Positions 12,576 through 23,959 of a DNA stretch of 64,000 bases are shown in pieces. Each line of letters starts with the position of its first letter. Position 1 is the stretch's first letter. The position numbers and the translations under genes were made by a program. This stretch comes from Octopus sinensis (lineage: Eukaryota): the NCBI RefSeq assembly GCF_006345805.1, contig NC_043012.1, positions 43,400,001-43,464,000 of the forward strand, given 5' to 3'. The notes below the pieces were generated by a model. That model saw only the letters and a list, made by a program, of their open reading frames with translations, was not told where the DNA came from and made no database searches.

Positions 12576-14680
12576 AAGAATCTTCTACCAAAAACTGAAG
12601 ACACAAAAAATCCAAAGAACCATCGACTAATAGCATTCTCAACACCACCTTCAAGAGGCTCACATCCATACTAACTGAAAGAATATACGCTTTCCTTTAA
12701 CAGAATTCGATCCTTCCACAAGATCAAAAAGGTTGTAAAAGAAATTCTTATGGGTGAAAAGATCAATTACTCATAAATAAAATTATTGTAGAAAATTGCC
12801 AGAGTAAAAAGAACCTGGAGTATGGAATGGATAGACTACAGGAAAGCGTTTGGTAGTGTCCCATATAATTGGTTACTCAAGGCCCTTGAGATATATAAGA
12901 TCTCTCCTGTCGTCTCCAGATTCTTACAAGGTAGCATGGCCAAGAGGGACACACGTCTCCTTCTAAACCATAGTAATGGGATGAGCCAATCCAGCAACAT
13001 CAACATCAAACGAAGTGACTCTCTTTCCCCATTATTAATTTGTATGGCAGTGATCCCACTCTCAAACGAACTGAATACCACCAGGTATAGGTGAAAAGTT
13101 TATAATACTAGAATAAACCATTTGTTTTATATGGACGATCTGAAGCTGTTTGCTAGAAATAATGAAGAGTTAGTAGGGCCGCTAACAACTGTTAAAGAGT
13201 TCAGCAGTGACATCGGGATAGATTTTGGTCTCGATAAGTGTGCTTAAGCAACTTTTGTAAGAGGCAAACTCAGACAAACCTCTTCCATTAAATTAGATAC
13301 CGACGCTACCATTAAGGGATAAACGAAGGAGACGGTATACAACATGCTACTATGAAGGATAGAATAACAAAGTGGTACCACAGGAGAATAAGACTTATAC
13401 TAAAAACTGAACTCACCTCTAAAAATCGCATTGAGCCATTAACACCCTGGTACTTCCAGTAGTACAATACAGTTTTAACATCATTAACTGGAATCTTACA
13501 GAACTCCAAAGCCTGGACAGGAAGACAAGAAAACCACTAACATCTAAGAAAATGCACCACCCAAAAGGAGACGTTGATCGTCTGTGTCTACCTAGACGTA
13601 ATGGGAGAAGAGGAATGATACAATTAGAACTGTGTTTTAAGACCTCCACAATAACAAGGAACAAGTAAATACCTAGTACAGAGGACTGGGTGCTACGGCT
13701 TGTGTACAAACACGAAAGCAGAAAAAAGCACATTCTATCGTTAAAGAAGCTTGCAAATTCGCAAGGGAACTTGGCACTAACTCTGAATTAGATAAATAAA
13801 ACCTGAAACCACTGCCACCAGCTAAGGAAAACGGATCGAGCAGACTGCAAAAAAGAACGTCCAGAAACAAATTGGGGAGGGGCGGTGTATACAAAAGCCT
13901 CTGCATGGACATTATATATACTTCGAAGTCGAAATGTCTGATGTAGACCAAGCAACAACCCATCAGTAGGTGAGAAGTTCAGGACAGAAAGCAGAGATTG
14001 AAGGTTTCATATTGGCGGCACATGATCAAAGCTTGCTCACCAAAAACTATCAGACTAACATTCTTCAAAACATCTGCGACACATTTGACGAAACAAGAGA
14101 CCATCTCGCCTCGGGATGACCTTTGCTGACACCAAACGAATACGAAAATCGTCACGATATGGTAGGACAGTATTTACATTGGAAAATATGTAAACACTAC
14201 AAAATCAGCACTCCTGCTTACTGGTATGAACATCATCCTGATCCAGTCGTTGAAGGTAAAAATGTCACTAACGGTCCAGGCTAATCGACCAGATATAGTC
14301 ATTGAGGACAGGGAAGAAAATACTTGTAGAGTAACAGATGTAAGTGTTCCCACTGATAAAAATATATCTGTAAAGGAATTTGACAAATTAAGTAAATATA
14401 AGGACCTGGGAATTAAAATACAAAAGATGCCGCATCTTAAAGCGAGAACTGTTCCTGTTATTGTGAGTGTCCTAGGTATGATAAAAGAAGGATATCAGAC
14501 ACATCTAGATAACATTCCAGGAGAACCATGTCTCAGAGAAATCTAAAAGAATGTACTGACTAGTACTGCCTACATCCTTAGAAAAACCCTATCCGTGTAA
14601 ATGACTGTGTAGTATTACATGAAGATATGTCGCTACTACCCCTGCCATTTGCCCTCCCCAACCTTTCAGTCATACTGTAA
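12576..14680 (+). mobile_element. R4/Dong-type RLE LINE, decayed, 5'-truncated (copy 1)
   Basis: LPKTEDTKNPKN, WIDYRKAFGSVP, DSLSPLLIC, FYMDDLKLFA, NRPDIVIED..DVSVPTDKN..KYKDL (RLE); ends in (TAA)n. Confidence 0.92.
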
Positions 14681-14769
14681 GTAAGTAATAATAATAATAA
14701 TGATGATAATAATAATAATAATAATAATAATAATATAATAATATAATAATAATAATAATAATAATAATA

Positions 14770-15309
14770 CCAGGCAGTGGCTCACGTGGCTTCTGAACTT
14801 AACTGATTGGAAGTGTTATCATGTACATTGTTTTGTCTTGGTATAAAAGATGGGCTACAGTAAATATTCTGCTCAATACCACAGATTTGCTTGTCAGTTG
14901 TTTGACCTTAACCAGTTGAGAATGTCCCTTGGTGGCTGACGATATATGTATCTCTGATCACGAGCAGAAATAGTGGGGGAGCATCATAGCCATGTGTTGA
15001 GAGGAACTCTTTGGGGTTTGAATAATTCACCTCTGGAAACATGGGTGTTTCGTTCAACACCCTTAAACAACCCTTATTCAGGGATCTTTTGAGCGGGATG
15101 GGTTACTCGACCAGAAGAAAATTCTAACTGGGCCCCACCTGCAAGGTCAAGTGCGGTTTATCTTGATATGAGATCACCATGTCGCGCACATATGGTTGTG
15201 ATGCATGTGCCTTGTGTACCCTTATCAGACGGGTAGTCATGATGAGTATACTGGACTTTGTATATTTTACCCCTGTGTCATTTTGATGGTATGCAATGCT
15301 CTCTCACGC
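14770..15309 (+). mobile_element. ~540-bp non-coding element embedded in (TAA)n (copy A)
   Basis: (TAA)n on both sides (~14686-14769, 15310-15388); collinear with revcomp of 58686-59227. Confidence 0.85.
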
Positions 15310-15388
15310 AATGATAATAATAATAATAATAATAAAATAATAATAATAATAATAATAATAATATAATAATAATAAAATAATAATAATA

Positions 15389-17877
15389 GAAATCACTTGG
15401 CAAAAATAAAATAGAAATCACTGCAGCACCAACGGCGGAAGAAGTGGAAGAATTCTGGAGAGAAATATGGTCGGCGAGCATCTGAGCAACTTTGGACCCC
15501 ATAACAACTGAAGAGGTCACCCAGGCACTGCAAAGACTAAGCAACTGGGAGGCACCTGGGCATCACAAGATCCCCAACTTCTGGTTGAAATATCTAACAG
15601 GAATGCACAAAAAGCTGGCTGAAAACTTTAACTACATACTAGCAGAGCCAGAGACAATGCCTGAATGGCTCACGAAGGGGAAAACCATCTTAATTCCCAA
15701 ATCAAATGAGACAGCAAAACCAGAAAACTACAGACCAATAACATGTCTCCCTACAATGTACAAGGCATTTACTGCAGTGATATCGCAAAGGTTGAACAAG
15801 CACCTGGACGAAAACAACCTGTTTCAAGAAGAGCTGAATGGATGCCGCAAAGGCTCATATGGCTGTAAAGATCAACTAATGATTAATAAAGCCATAACTG
15901 AAGACAGCCACAGAAAGAAGAAAGGCCTCAGTATGGCCAGGGTCGACTACAAAAAGGCGTTTGATAGCATCCCCCACACATGGATCCTCGAAACACTAGC
16001 CATTAACAAAGTAGCATCAACAATTATAAAATTCATAGGGCACTCTATGAATAAATGGCAAACAGTGCTACAGCTCCAAACAAAAGAGGGACTCATGAAA
16101 ACCAAAGCCATCCCCATTAGAAGAGGAATATTCCAGGGAGACACGCTCTCTCCACTCCTTTTCTACTTGGCACTGTCACCCCTATCTGATATGCTAAACA
16201 GAACTGGATGCGGATATAAATGTTACGGCAAAACGATCAGCAACCTTTTATATATGGATGACCTAAAACTATACGCTGCAAATGACAAACAGCTGGAAAC
16301 ACTATTAAAGACAGTTCATGGATTTACCAAAGAAATAGATATGAAATTTGGATTAGAAAAATGCGCCAAAGTAACCATGAAAAGAGGAAAACTAGTTAGG
16401 AGTAGCAACATCACACTAGATAAAACCAATGAAATAAAAGAATTAGACCAAAGCCAAACTTACAAATACTTAGGAATCCATGAACTAGATAAGACACAAC
16501 ACACACAAATGAAAGAGAAAATAAAAAAAGAATATTATAGACGAGCTAGATCAATACTAAAAACAGAGCTCAATGCTAAAAACAAGATAATAGGTATTAA
16601 CACTTTAGCTGTCCCAGTTATAAGTTACAGCTACAATATCCTTAACTGGACACGAAATGAACTGACCAAGATAGATAGGAAAACAAGAAAAATAATGACA
16701 GGATCTAGGATGCATCACCCAAAATCTGACATAGAAAGACTATATATACAACGTATAGAAGGTGGTAGAGGCCTTATACAGCTGGAAAACTACTATAAAA
16801 TAACCACCATAGGACTGCAAAAATATCTACTTCAGAAGGAAGCAAAACTGATACAAATAGCGGCAAAACCCGAGCAAAACAAAAAACTGTTCTCAGTTTT
16901 TAAGGAAGCTGACAAATACAAACAAGAAATCATACCACCTAATGAATATGAAGAAGAAGAAGAAGAAGATAAAGAAACAACAAAAGCTATAAAACAAATG
17001 AAATCCAAACTAAAAATAGAACATCAACGAACCATGATAAAACGATGGCAAGAAAAGCCCCTTCATGGTAAATACTGGACTAAACTAAACGCAAAAGAAA
17101 TAGACAAAGAAAAATCCCAGCACTGGTTGAGAAGCTCAGGACTCAAAGCAGAGACAGAGGGATTTTTAATTGCAGCACAAGACCAAATCATCCCCACCGG
17201 AAATTACCAAAAACATGTAATGAAAAGAAATATAACAAGTAACGGCAGAATATGTGGAGATGGACAAGAAACAATAAATCATATTATCTCTGGCTGCCCT
17301 GTCCTGGCTAAGGACAGAGTTGACAGAGTTGAAACCTACATACACTGGAAGCTATGCCAACATTATGGAATAACAACAGAAAAAAAGATGGTATAGGCAC
17401 ACACCAGAAAAGGTCACAGAGAACGAGAAAGTAACCCGATACACACAGATAGAGAAATTAAGGCCAACAGACCAGATATAGTTGTCAGAGATCATGAAGA
17501 AAAAAATGCTTTCTAATTAATGTATCAATACCGGCAGATGACAACGTGTCTCTAAAAGAAATGGAGAAACTTTCAAAATACAAAGACCTGGAAATAGAGG
17601 TAACCAGAATGTGGAATCTAAAAACAAACAATTCCTATCATAGTAGGTGCATTAGGCATGATAAAAAAATATTGAGACAAATACATAACAAAAACACCAG
17701 GACTTACAAACACATATAACATACAGAAAATTGCACTACTAGGCACTGCACACATCCTACGCAGAACACTTTCCATACAATAACCATCAGAGCATCACAA
17801 CAAATCACAGCACATACCTAAGGCACACAGAGCTGCGCTCGGTAGTGAAGTGAAAGCACGCTATAAAAATAAAACTA

Positions 17878-17880
<3 letters not shown>
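15389..17880 (+). mobile_element. R4/Dong-type RLE LINE, 5'-truncated, relatively young (copy 2)
   Basis: RT ORF, zinc finger, RLE ([22 protein letters not shown]), stop at 17781-17783, short 3' UTR, (TAA)n tail 17881-17942. Confidence 0.96.
15492..17396 (+). CDS. Non-LTR retrotransposon reverse transcriptase ORF (634 aa, lacks N-terminus; RLE lies in other frames downstream)
   Basis: YRPITCLPTMYK, DYKKAFDSIPH, GIFQGDTLSPLLF, YMDD, YKYLGI; CCHC finger reads GRICG..H..SGC (first Cys to Gly). Confidence 0.92.
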   Translation: MDPITTEEVTQALQRLSNWEAPGHHKIPNFWLKYLTGMHKKLAENFNYILAEPETMPEWLTKGKTILIPKSNETAKPENYRPITCLPTMYKAFTAVISQRLNKHLDENNLFQEELNGCRKGSYGCKDQLMINKAITEDSHRKKKGLSMARVDYKKAFDSIPHTWILETLAINKVASTIIKFIGHSMNKWQTVLQLQTKEGLMKTKAIPIRRGIFQGDTLSPLLFYLALSPLSDMLNRTGCGYKCYGKTISNLLYMDDLKLYAANDKQLETLLKTVHGFTKEIDMKFGLEKCAKVTMKRGKLVRSSNITLDKTNEIKELDQSQTYKYLGIHELDKTQHTQMKEKIKKEYYRRARSILKTELNAKNKIIGINTLAVPVISYSYNILNWTRNELTKIDRKTRKIMTGSRMHHPKSDIERLYIQRIEGGRGLIQLENYYKITTIGLQKYLLQKEAKLIQIAAKPEQNKKLFSVFKEADKYKQEIIPPNEYEEEEEEDKETTKAIKQMKSKLKIEHQRTMIKRWQEKPLHGKYWTKLNAKEIDKEKSQHWLRSSGLKAETEGFLIAAQDQIIPTGNYQKHVMKRNITSNGRICGDGQETINHIISGCPVLAKDRVDRVETYIHWKLCQHYGITTEKKMV

Positions 17881-17942
<62 letters not shown>

Positions 17943-17999
17943 GTATTCTTCTTCTTATTATTATTTCAATTTTTTGTCACAAGGGCAGCTTGGAGGAGG

Positions 18000-18165
18000 T
18001 GGGGGTGAGTCGATTACATTGATCCTAATGTTTGACATGTACTTATTTTATCGACCTCGCGGTCTCAGTGTTCAGCTGTTACTTATTTCATCGACCCGAA
18101 AAGACGGAAGGCAAAGTCGGCCTCGGCGGAATTTGAACTCAAAATGTAACGATGGGCGAAATTGA
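18000..18165 (-). mobile_element. tRNA-derived SINE fragment (MetaSINE-like core)
   Basis: Revcomp GAGTTCAAATTCCGCCGAGGCCGACTTTGCCTTCCGTC..GTCGATGAAATAAGT. Confidence 0.7.
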
Positions 18166-18191
18166 CATCCATACTTGTTGCGCGTATATAT

Positions 18192-18223
<32 letters not shown>

Positions 18224-18224
18224 A

Positions 18225-18254
<30 letters not shown>

Positions 18255-18257
<3 letters not shown>

Positions 18258-18385
18258 TAGAAATTTACAGAAAAACAAAAGACGAAGACAGGTGTATGAA
18301 CAACAAGCAGGTGTATTAGTTTGACGCTCGGGAAAGTGAGAATGTCTTTTACGTTTCGAGCCTACGCTCTTCAGCAACAATGAAT
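18255..18385 (-). repeat. PLE-type terminal repeat with degenerate hammerhead motif
   Basis: Minus strand CTGAAGAGCGTAGGCTCGAAACGTAAAAG; same family at 41845-41990 (-), related at 51890-52030 (+). Confidence 0.55.
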
Positions 18386-18519
18386 AAGAAAAAATAAACA
18401 GAGAAAAAACAAAAAAACTTGTGTATTTAGAGATCAAGCTTGGCGACTGGTTGGAAAAAAGTTTTGACAGGAAAGGTAGAAGGGGAGGGAAATTATAAAG
18501 TAATGGATGATCCTAAAAT

Positions 18520-19190
18520 GAAGGTGCTCGTGTGTGTGTATGTGAGAATGTGTGTGCGTGTGTGTGTAGATAAGGGCTAGTGACTTTGACGTGAGTGGAT
18601 GTGTGCGTGTATAAGTGTGTGCGTCTGTAATGTGTGCGTATGTGGATGATTGTGTGTGGCTGTGCAGACGATGGTGTATGGTGTGGGTGCTGGAAAGTGG
18701 TCAGTGCTAGTGTTTGTGGAGTGGTGTGGGGTGGTATGATGTGGTGGTTTGGGGGCGTTGTGTGTGGTGTGTTGGGATGTGTGGGGGGTATGATTGGGGT
18801 GTGGTGATGTAGGGGTAGGTAGAAGTGGTCAGTGCTCGTGTGTGTGGAGTGGTGTGGGTGGTATGATGTGGTGTGGTGTGTGGGGATATGGAGGTAGGTG
18901 TGTGGGATGTGGAGTGGGTATGTGGGGATAGGGATGTTATGGGTGCGGGTGGTGTGTGGATGGAGGAGTATCAAGTAGGTGGTTGGAGTGAAGAGAGGAA
19001 GTAGGTGTCAGATGAAGAGAGAAGAGAGGAAAAGTCAGATGATGAGAGGAGGCGAGTTGAACCCATTTGTATCTTGAACCCATACTGTGGCTGGTATAGC
19101 CGAAAACGGGAAAAGACTCAATGAAAATGACGTCATGTGTCAACGTAGGAGGTTGATCTGAGGCTTTTGCAGAAGACATGTTGAAGTTGT
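18520..19190 (-). repeat. G/T-rich low-complexity tract with possible PLE C-terminal remnant
   Basis: GTG/GT-rich with an internal ~55-bp duplication (AAGTGGTCAGTGCT.. at ~18696 and ~18822). Confidence 0.5.
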
Positions 19191-19214
19191 CCTTTACTGT
19201 ATCTTGATTGGTTT

Positions 19215-19444
19215 ATGTACGGTGGCCAAAATATTTGCACGGCCATTTTTGGTGATTATTTCGCATCTTCCTCTCTCATTTAGAGCCCCAAGTACAAAAT
19301 ATAATGATTTGATATGGAAATGGCTTGGACAGGCTCAACATTTCATTTGGAAAATACACAAGGCGAAACACCCACTTGTAACTTGGTAATAAGTAGAAAT
19401 TTGCAATAGTTTAAAGTGACCGAAGACCTTTGTATGGTACTGTA
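19215..19444. mobile_element. Tc1-like non-autonomous element, same family as 1-134
   Basis: Shared internal sequence CAAAATATAATGA..GATATGGAAATG and terminus ..GGTACTG+TA. Confidence 0.5.
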
Positions 19445-19450
19445 AAAGAA

Positions 19451-19526
<76 letters not shown>

Positions 19527-19556
19527 AAAGAATATATATCAAGGGAGGAAATTATA

Positions 19557-19596
<40 letters not shown>

Positions 19597-19623
19597 GAGA
19601 TAGCAGGCATCATACTCCCTTCC

Positions 19624-19731
19624 ATATCGGCTAAGTCTGATGAGCGTAAAGTTATATAATCAGATTGTTACGAAATACTCCATTGTATTCTTTACGCGAA
19701 ACGGATCGGTAAGTTCAGCCGTAATGGATAT
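19624..19731 (+). ncRNA. Candidate type I hammerhead ribozyme with intact core
   Basis: CTGATGA 19637-43; stem II GCGTAAAG/CTTTACGC; GAAA 19698-701; stem III ACGG/CCGT; GTA triplet 19721-23; bulged stem I. Confidence 0.65.
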
Positions 19732-19899
19732 TTGATACTATCGTGTCTTTGTATTTCCCGTCCGTTAAGTTTTCGTCTAATTTCCGGTTTGCACTGCTTT
19801 TGTCTAACTTTTTCTCTTTGATACATCCATGTAGCGCAACGCACACCCTATTTGTTTACTTTATTATACAAAATAAACAGGAAGAGAGAGTGAGAGAAA

Positions 19900-20045
19900 G
19901 TTGTGACGAAAGAGTACAACAGGGGTCGCCACCACCCCCTGCTGGAGGCTCGTGGAGCTGTAGGTGTTTTCGCTCAATAAACACACACAATGCCCGGTCT
20001 GGGAATCGAAACTGCCCTAAACACTGGGCTATTGCGCTCCCACTT
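19900..20045 (-). mobile_element. SINE fragment (family of 63139-63440)
   Basis: Revcomp of TTTCGATTCCCAGACCGGGC..GTGTTTATTGAGCGAAAACACCTACAGCTCCACGAG. Confidence 0.75.
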
Positions 20046-20383
20046 CATTCTTTATAGCCAGTTGTAATAACATTTCGTTGTTTAAATGTTTATAATTCAT
20101 TTGTATTGAGCAAAAGTAAATTTTCTCATATGCATGTATCTTAATGATTGTTCTTATCTAGAATTTATTATATTACCCTTAGATGCAAAGATTTGGTGAA
20201 GTTCTATACACAGGTCCTGTTTTGCCGTACTGATTAATTCCCAATTGACAGTATAGTCTTCGTTTCTGTCTTTAATAGACCAAATTAATTTACTTAGACG
20301 TTTTTGAATTTTTTTTTGCCTTTAAATGAAATCAAGTGATTAGCTAGTCTCTTTTTGAAAATTAGTGCAGTCGCACTGATGTA

Positions 20384-21627
20384 ATGAGTTGTCCGGAAAG
20401 TTCTTGCCGATTTTTAAAGGAAAGAAAACGGTCAATAAATACTTGCCATTACATTTTTAATCAACCAAATATGAACCATTTTGCTGGACAATGCGTCTCC
20501 ATTCTTCCTTTAACTTGAAAATATCCACTTCCCAGAATTGATGTGGTTTCATGGTAAAGAATTCATCAAGGTATCTTTTTTACGTCATCCAAGGAATTGA
20601 AGTTTTTACCATTAAGACTATTCTGCAGAGACCTGAATAAGTGGAAATCCGAAGGAGCAATATCTGGTGAATATGGAGGGTGGGCAACACATCCCAGCCG
20701 AGCTGCAGCAATTTTTGTCTGGTTCCCAAAGAAACGTGCTGTCTTGCATTATCATGTTGGAAAACAACATCTTTCCTGTTGGCTAATTCTGGACGTTTCT
20801 CTTGAATTGCTACTTTTAACTCGTCCAGTTGTGTGCAGTATTACTCAGAATTAATTGTCTGGTTACTTGGGAGAAGCTCATAGTACAGAATTCCTTTCCA
20901 ATCCCACCAGACACAAAACAAGACTTTTTAGGGTGAAGACTCCAGGATTGCTTTCTCTGAACATTTCGGTAGATAATCCATTTCTCATCACCTGTCACAA
21001 TTTGCTTTAAAAAAGGCGCGTTTTCATTCCGTTTACAAAGCGAATCACAGATGGAAATGCGATCCAAAAGGTTCTACTCACTCAACTCATGTGGTACCCA
21101 AACATCGTAGCGATTTGTGCACCCAAGCTTTACCAGGTGCTCATGATCGACGGATTTTGATAGGTTGAGGCTTTCTGCCTATTCTCGGGTTGTGCAATGT
21201 GGGTTATTCTCAATTAATGACTTGATTTGGTCATCATCTGTAGTGGATGGTCTGCCTGATCGCTCTTTATCAATAAGGCTACAATCTCCAGTTCGGAACC
21301 TTGCGAACCACTTCCGTACAGTTCTTTCGGATAAAGAAACATCACCGTAAACTGCGCATATTTCTTTGGTTGCTTGTGAGGCATTTTTCCCTTTACGGAA
21401 AAAGAAAAGCATCAAGTGCCGAAAATGAACTTTCTTATTTTCCACTTTAAATGGTTACAGAATTAACACAGGTTATAGGAACATAAATCTTCTTCTACGA
21501 AGAGATACCTTAAACTGTGCTCTAAATGGAGGTGTAGCCAAATCTTATTTTATGGACTCAACCATATTCTAAAATAAGTCGAAAGGTAAGCTACTATAAA
21601 TCTGCACGAACTTTTCGGACAACCCAA
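20384..21627 (-). mobile_element. mariner transposon, mellifera-subfamily-like, full length, decayed
   Basis: TIRs ATGAGTTGTCCGGAAAGTTCTTGCCGATTT / TTGGGTTGTCCGAAAAGTTCGTGCAGATTT with TA flanks; MENKKVHFRHLMLFFFRKGKNASQA, WVPHE, VTGDEKW, HPPYSPDIAPS. Confidence 0.95.
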
Positions 21628-22129
21628 TAAAAGTATTCTCTTCCCTCAGACGTAACTTTATATCTATATATTACACTTTTAGTTTTACATTTATTATTCA
21701 CATACCAAGAGACCTGTTTAGAACAATTACAAAGATAATCTTTTTTTATTTCTCACAGATTTAGTATTAATTTGATCATTTATGGTAAAATCAAATTCAT
21801 TTCTACAAGTTCTTTACCACTATTTACTCTTCCATAATATTGCTATATTTGTTCTATTTTTAGCTGAATTTTCATTCGATTCTACGATACTAATTATATT
21901 AAATTGGGTTGTTTCCCTTTCCACGACTTTTTAATTCTTATCGTTTTCTTCTATTTGATTATCTTTTTTATTCCTTTTGACATTGGTTTTCTGAATATTT
22001 ACTTTGCTGCTCTGATTAGAATAGCTTACTTTTACGTTGTGTGTTGTCATTAATTGTGCAATATTTTTGCTATTAGAATAAGCCATATGGATCGTATGTT
22101 TATTAAAATTCTACACGTACGATTTATAG

Positions 22130-22225
<96 letters not shown>

Positions 22226-22857
22226 GTGTGTGTGTGTGTGTGTGTGTATGTGCTGCAGGTATGTATGCACGTGTGTATATTTGTGTGCATATGTGTATGT
22301 ATGCCGAGAGCATTTAGAGCGTATCTCCATTGACAGAATTAACTCTCAATTCTACATTGAATCTTTGCTCTACATGTATGCGCATATTTCTGCACGTTTC
22401 AACGACGGATACACACTAATCTTCTAGAGTTAATTCCTGTGGAATGATAATATGTCTTCCTGAGGTCGATTTCGGCTGTGCTCCTAAAGTTGACAAATAT
22501 GAACCTTTTCCTAAGTTTTAGAGACATTCTTTGCTTTCCTCTACAACTGAAAAGAGTTTGTTTCCAAAAATGTTTTCATTCTTTCTTATCGTGTTCTTAC
22601 AATTCTAAAATGTTTAAAACCATCTTAACCTATCTAAACATGGCAATTTGTCCGTCATTGTCGATGCTTATTGCACATGCCGCACGATAAAAAAATGGAT
22701 TATAGTCATCACAAAATAACCCGAGATGACAACTATCAGATTTGAGGTGTATAGGAAAACTAAGTACAAATTATATATGATGAAAATAAGAGTGTTTATA
22801 TCCGGCAAAACCTGATAAAACCGTGTGATCAAAGTAACTCTCAACGTCTTACTTCAC

Positions 22858-22932
22858 CTGATTTTAATCGCCTGGACTGCTGCATAAAATGTATGGTCAG
22901 TGTGGGGAGCCCCGGTAAAACTTCATTGGCTG
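22858..22932 (-). CDS. Candidate 75-nt phase 1-1 exon (unconfirmed)
   Basis: TTTGTAG| acceptor at 22933, CAG|GTGAAG donor at 22857 (alternative GAA|GTAAGA at 22852); open frame TANEVLPGLPTLTIHFMQQSRRLKS; could be TE debris. Confidence 0.22.
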
Positions 22933-23014
22933 CTACAAACATGTGATGGTAACACATGAGTTGATATGTATAAGGAAAATAGGACAAGTGCTAAAATAAT
23001 TTTATCATGAAGAA

Positions 23015-23060
23015 CATTTTAGTACCAGTTTCAGTCTTTGCGACTTTTTCAACTTAGAGT
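23015..23060 (-). ncRNA. Candidate minimal hammerhead ribozyme, U3-A8 core variant
   Basis: TTGAAAA-AGTC-GCAAA-GACT-GAAAC-TG-GTA; stem I only partly paired. Confidence 0.5.
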
Positions 23061-23129
23061 AAAGCATGGATAACAATTAAATTGCGGAAAAATTAAATGA
23101 AATATTTTAAATATTTCCATAGTTTTCCC

Positions 23130-23580
23130 AACGGAATTTTCGCTCCAACAATCCACTAAATAACCTCGCACAACAAACCCGTACCACACGTAATAATTAC
23201 CAACGACGGCCCCCTAAAGCACCACATCCGAACATGGGATATAGGGACACACTTTTTAATACCCTTCCAATAACCCGCACCATAAATCATAAGAACAGGG
23301 CACTCCACAACAACAGGGAACAACTACATATCTGCTACCGTCCCAATCACCTCAATCATTTTTTAGACTCAGTACGCAAGCACAGGGATACGAGATAGCA
23401 CCGGACAGGAGAAAACAAAAGTGATAGAAATCTAACTCACAAAGAACTAACACCAAACCAAATCAACGTCGTTGAAACGTTGAAACATCCCTCAATACCT
23501 CAACTATAACGAAATGAAAGACGCTGCAGAATTCTGTAGAAAATTACGATTCGCCGACCTGTCTGTTAATAGATTGTGCT
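23130..23580 (+). pseudogene. Penelope-like element N-terminal region remnant
   Basis: NLTHKELTPNQINVV..NEMKDAAEFCRKLRFADL resembles the PLE N-terminal NLS..LT..E..L / EF.RKLRL motif. Confidence 0.55.
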
Positions 23581-23847
23581 CTTTGAGCAGAAAATGTTTT
23601 GTTCGCAGTTAAGAGATGTCTTGACTCTTGTTTCTAAAAATGCTGGTGCTGACTTGCACCCTTAGTGACCTTTAGTGACCTTAGTGACCTTTAGTGACGT
23701 GTTATACTTTTGCCTTTTGGTTCTAAATTGCAGCTAGATATTTTAATAATTTATACATATACATAAAAGTGTGTGTGTGTGTGTGTGTGTGTGTACAAGT
23801 AAAAGAGTAAAAAAGTATATATATATATATTATATATATATATACAT

Positions 23848-23919
<72 letters not shown>

Positions 23920-23959
23920 TATATATATATATTTCATTATATAATTATATATATATGTA

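Noticed and set aside
23658-23700. Four tandem CCT(T)TAGTGA units resembling a CRISPR or binding-site array
   Set aside because: No spacers, 10-11-bp period; simple minisatellite in eukaryotic DNA.
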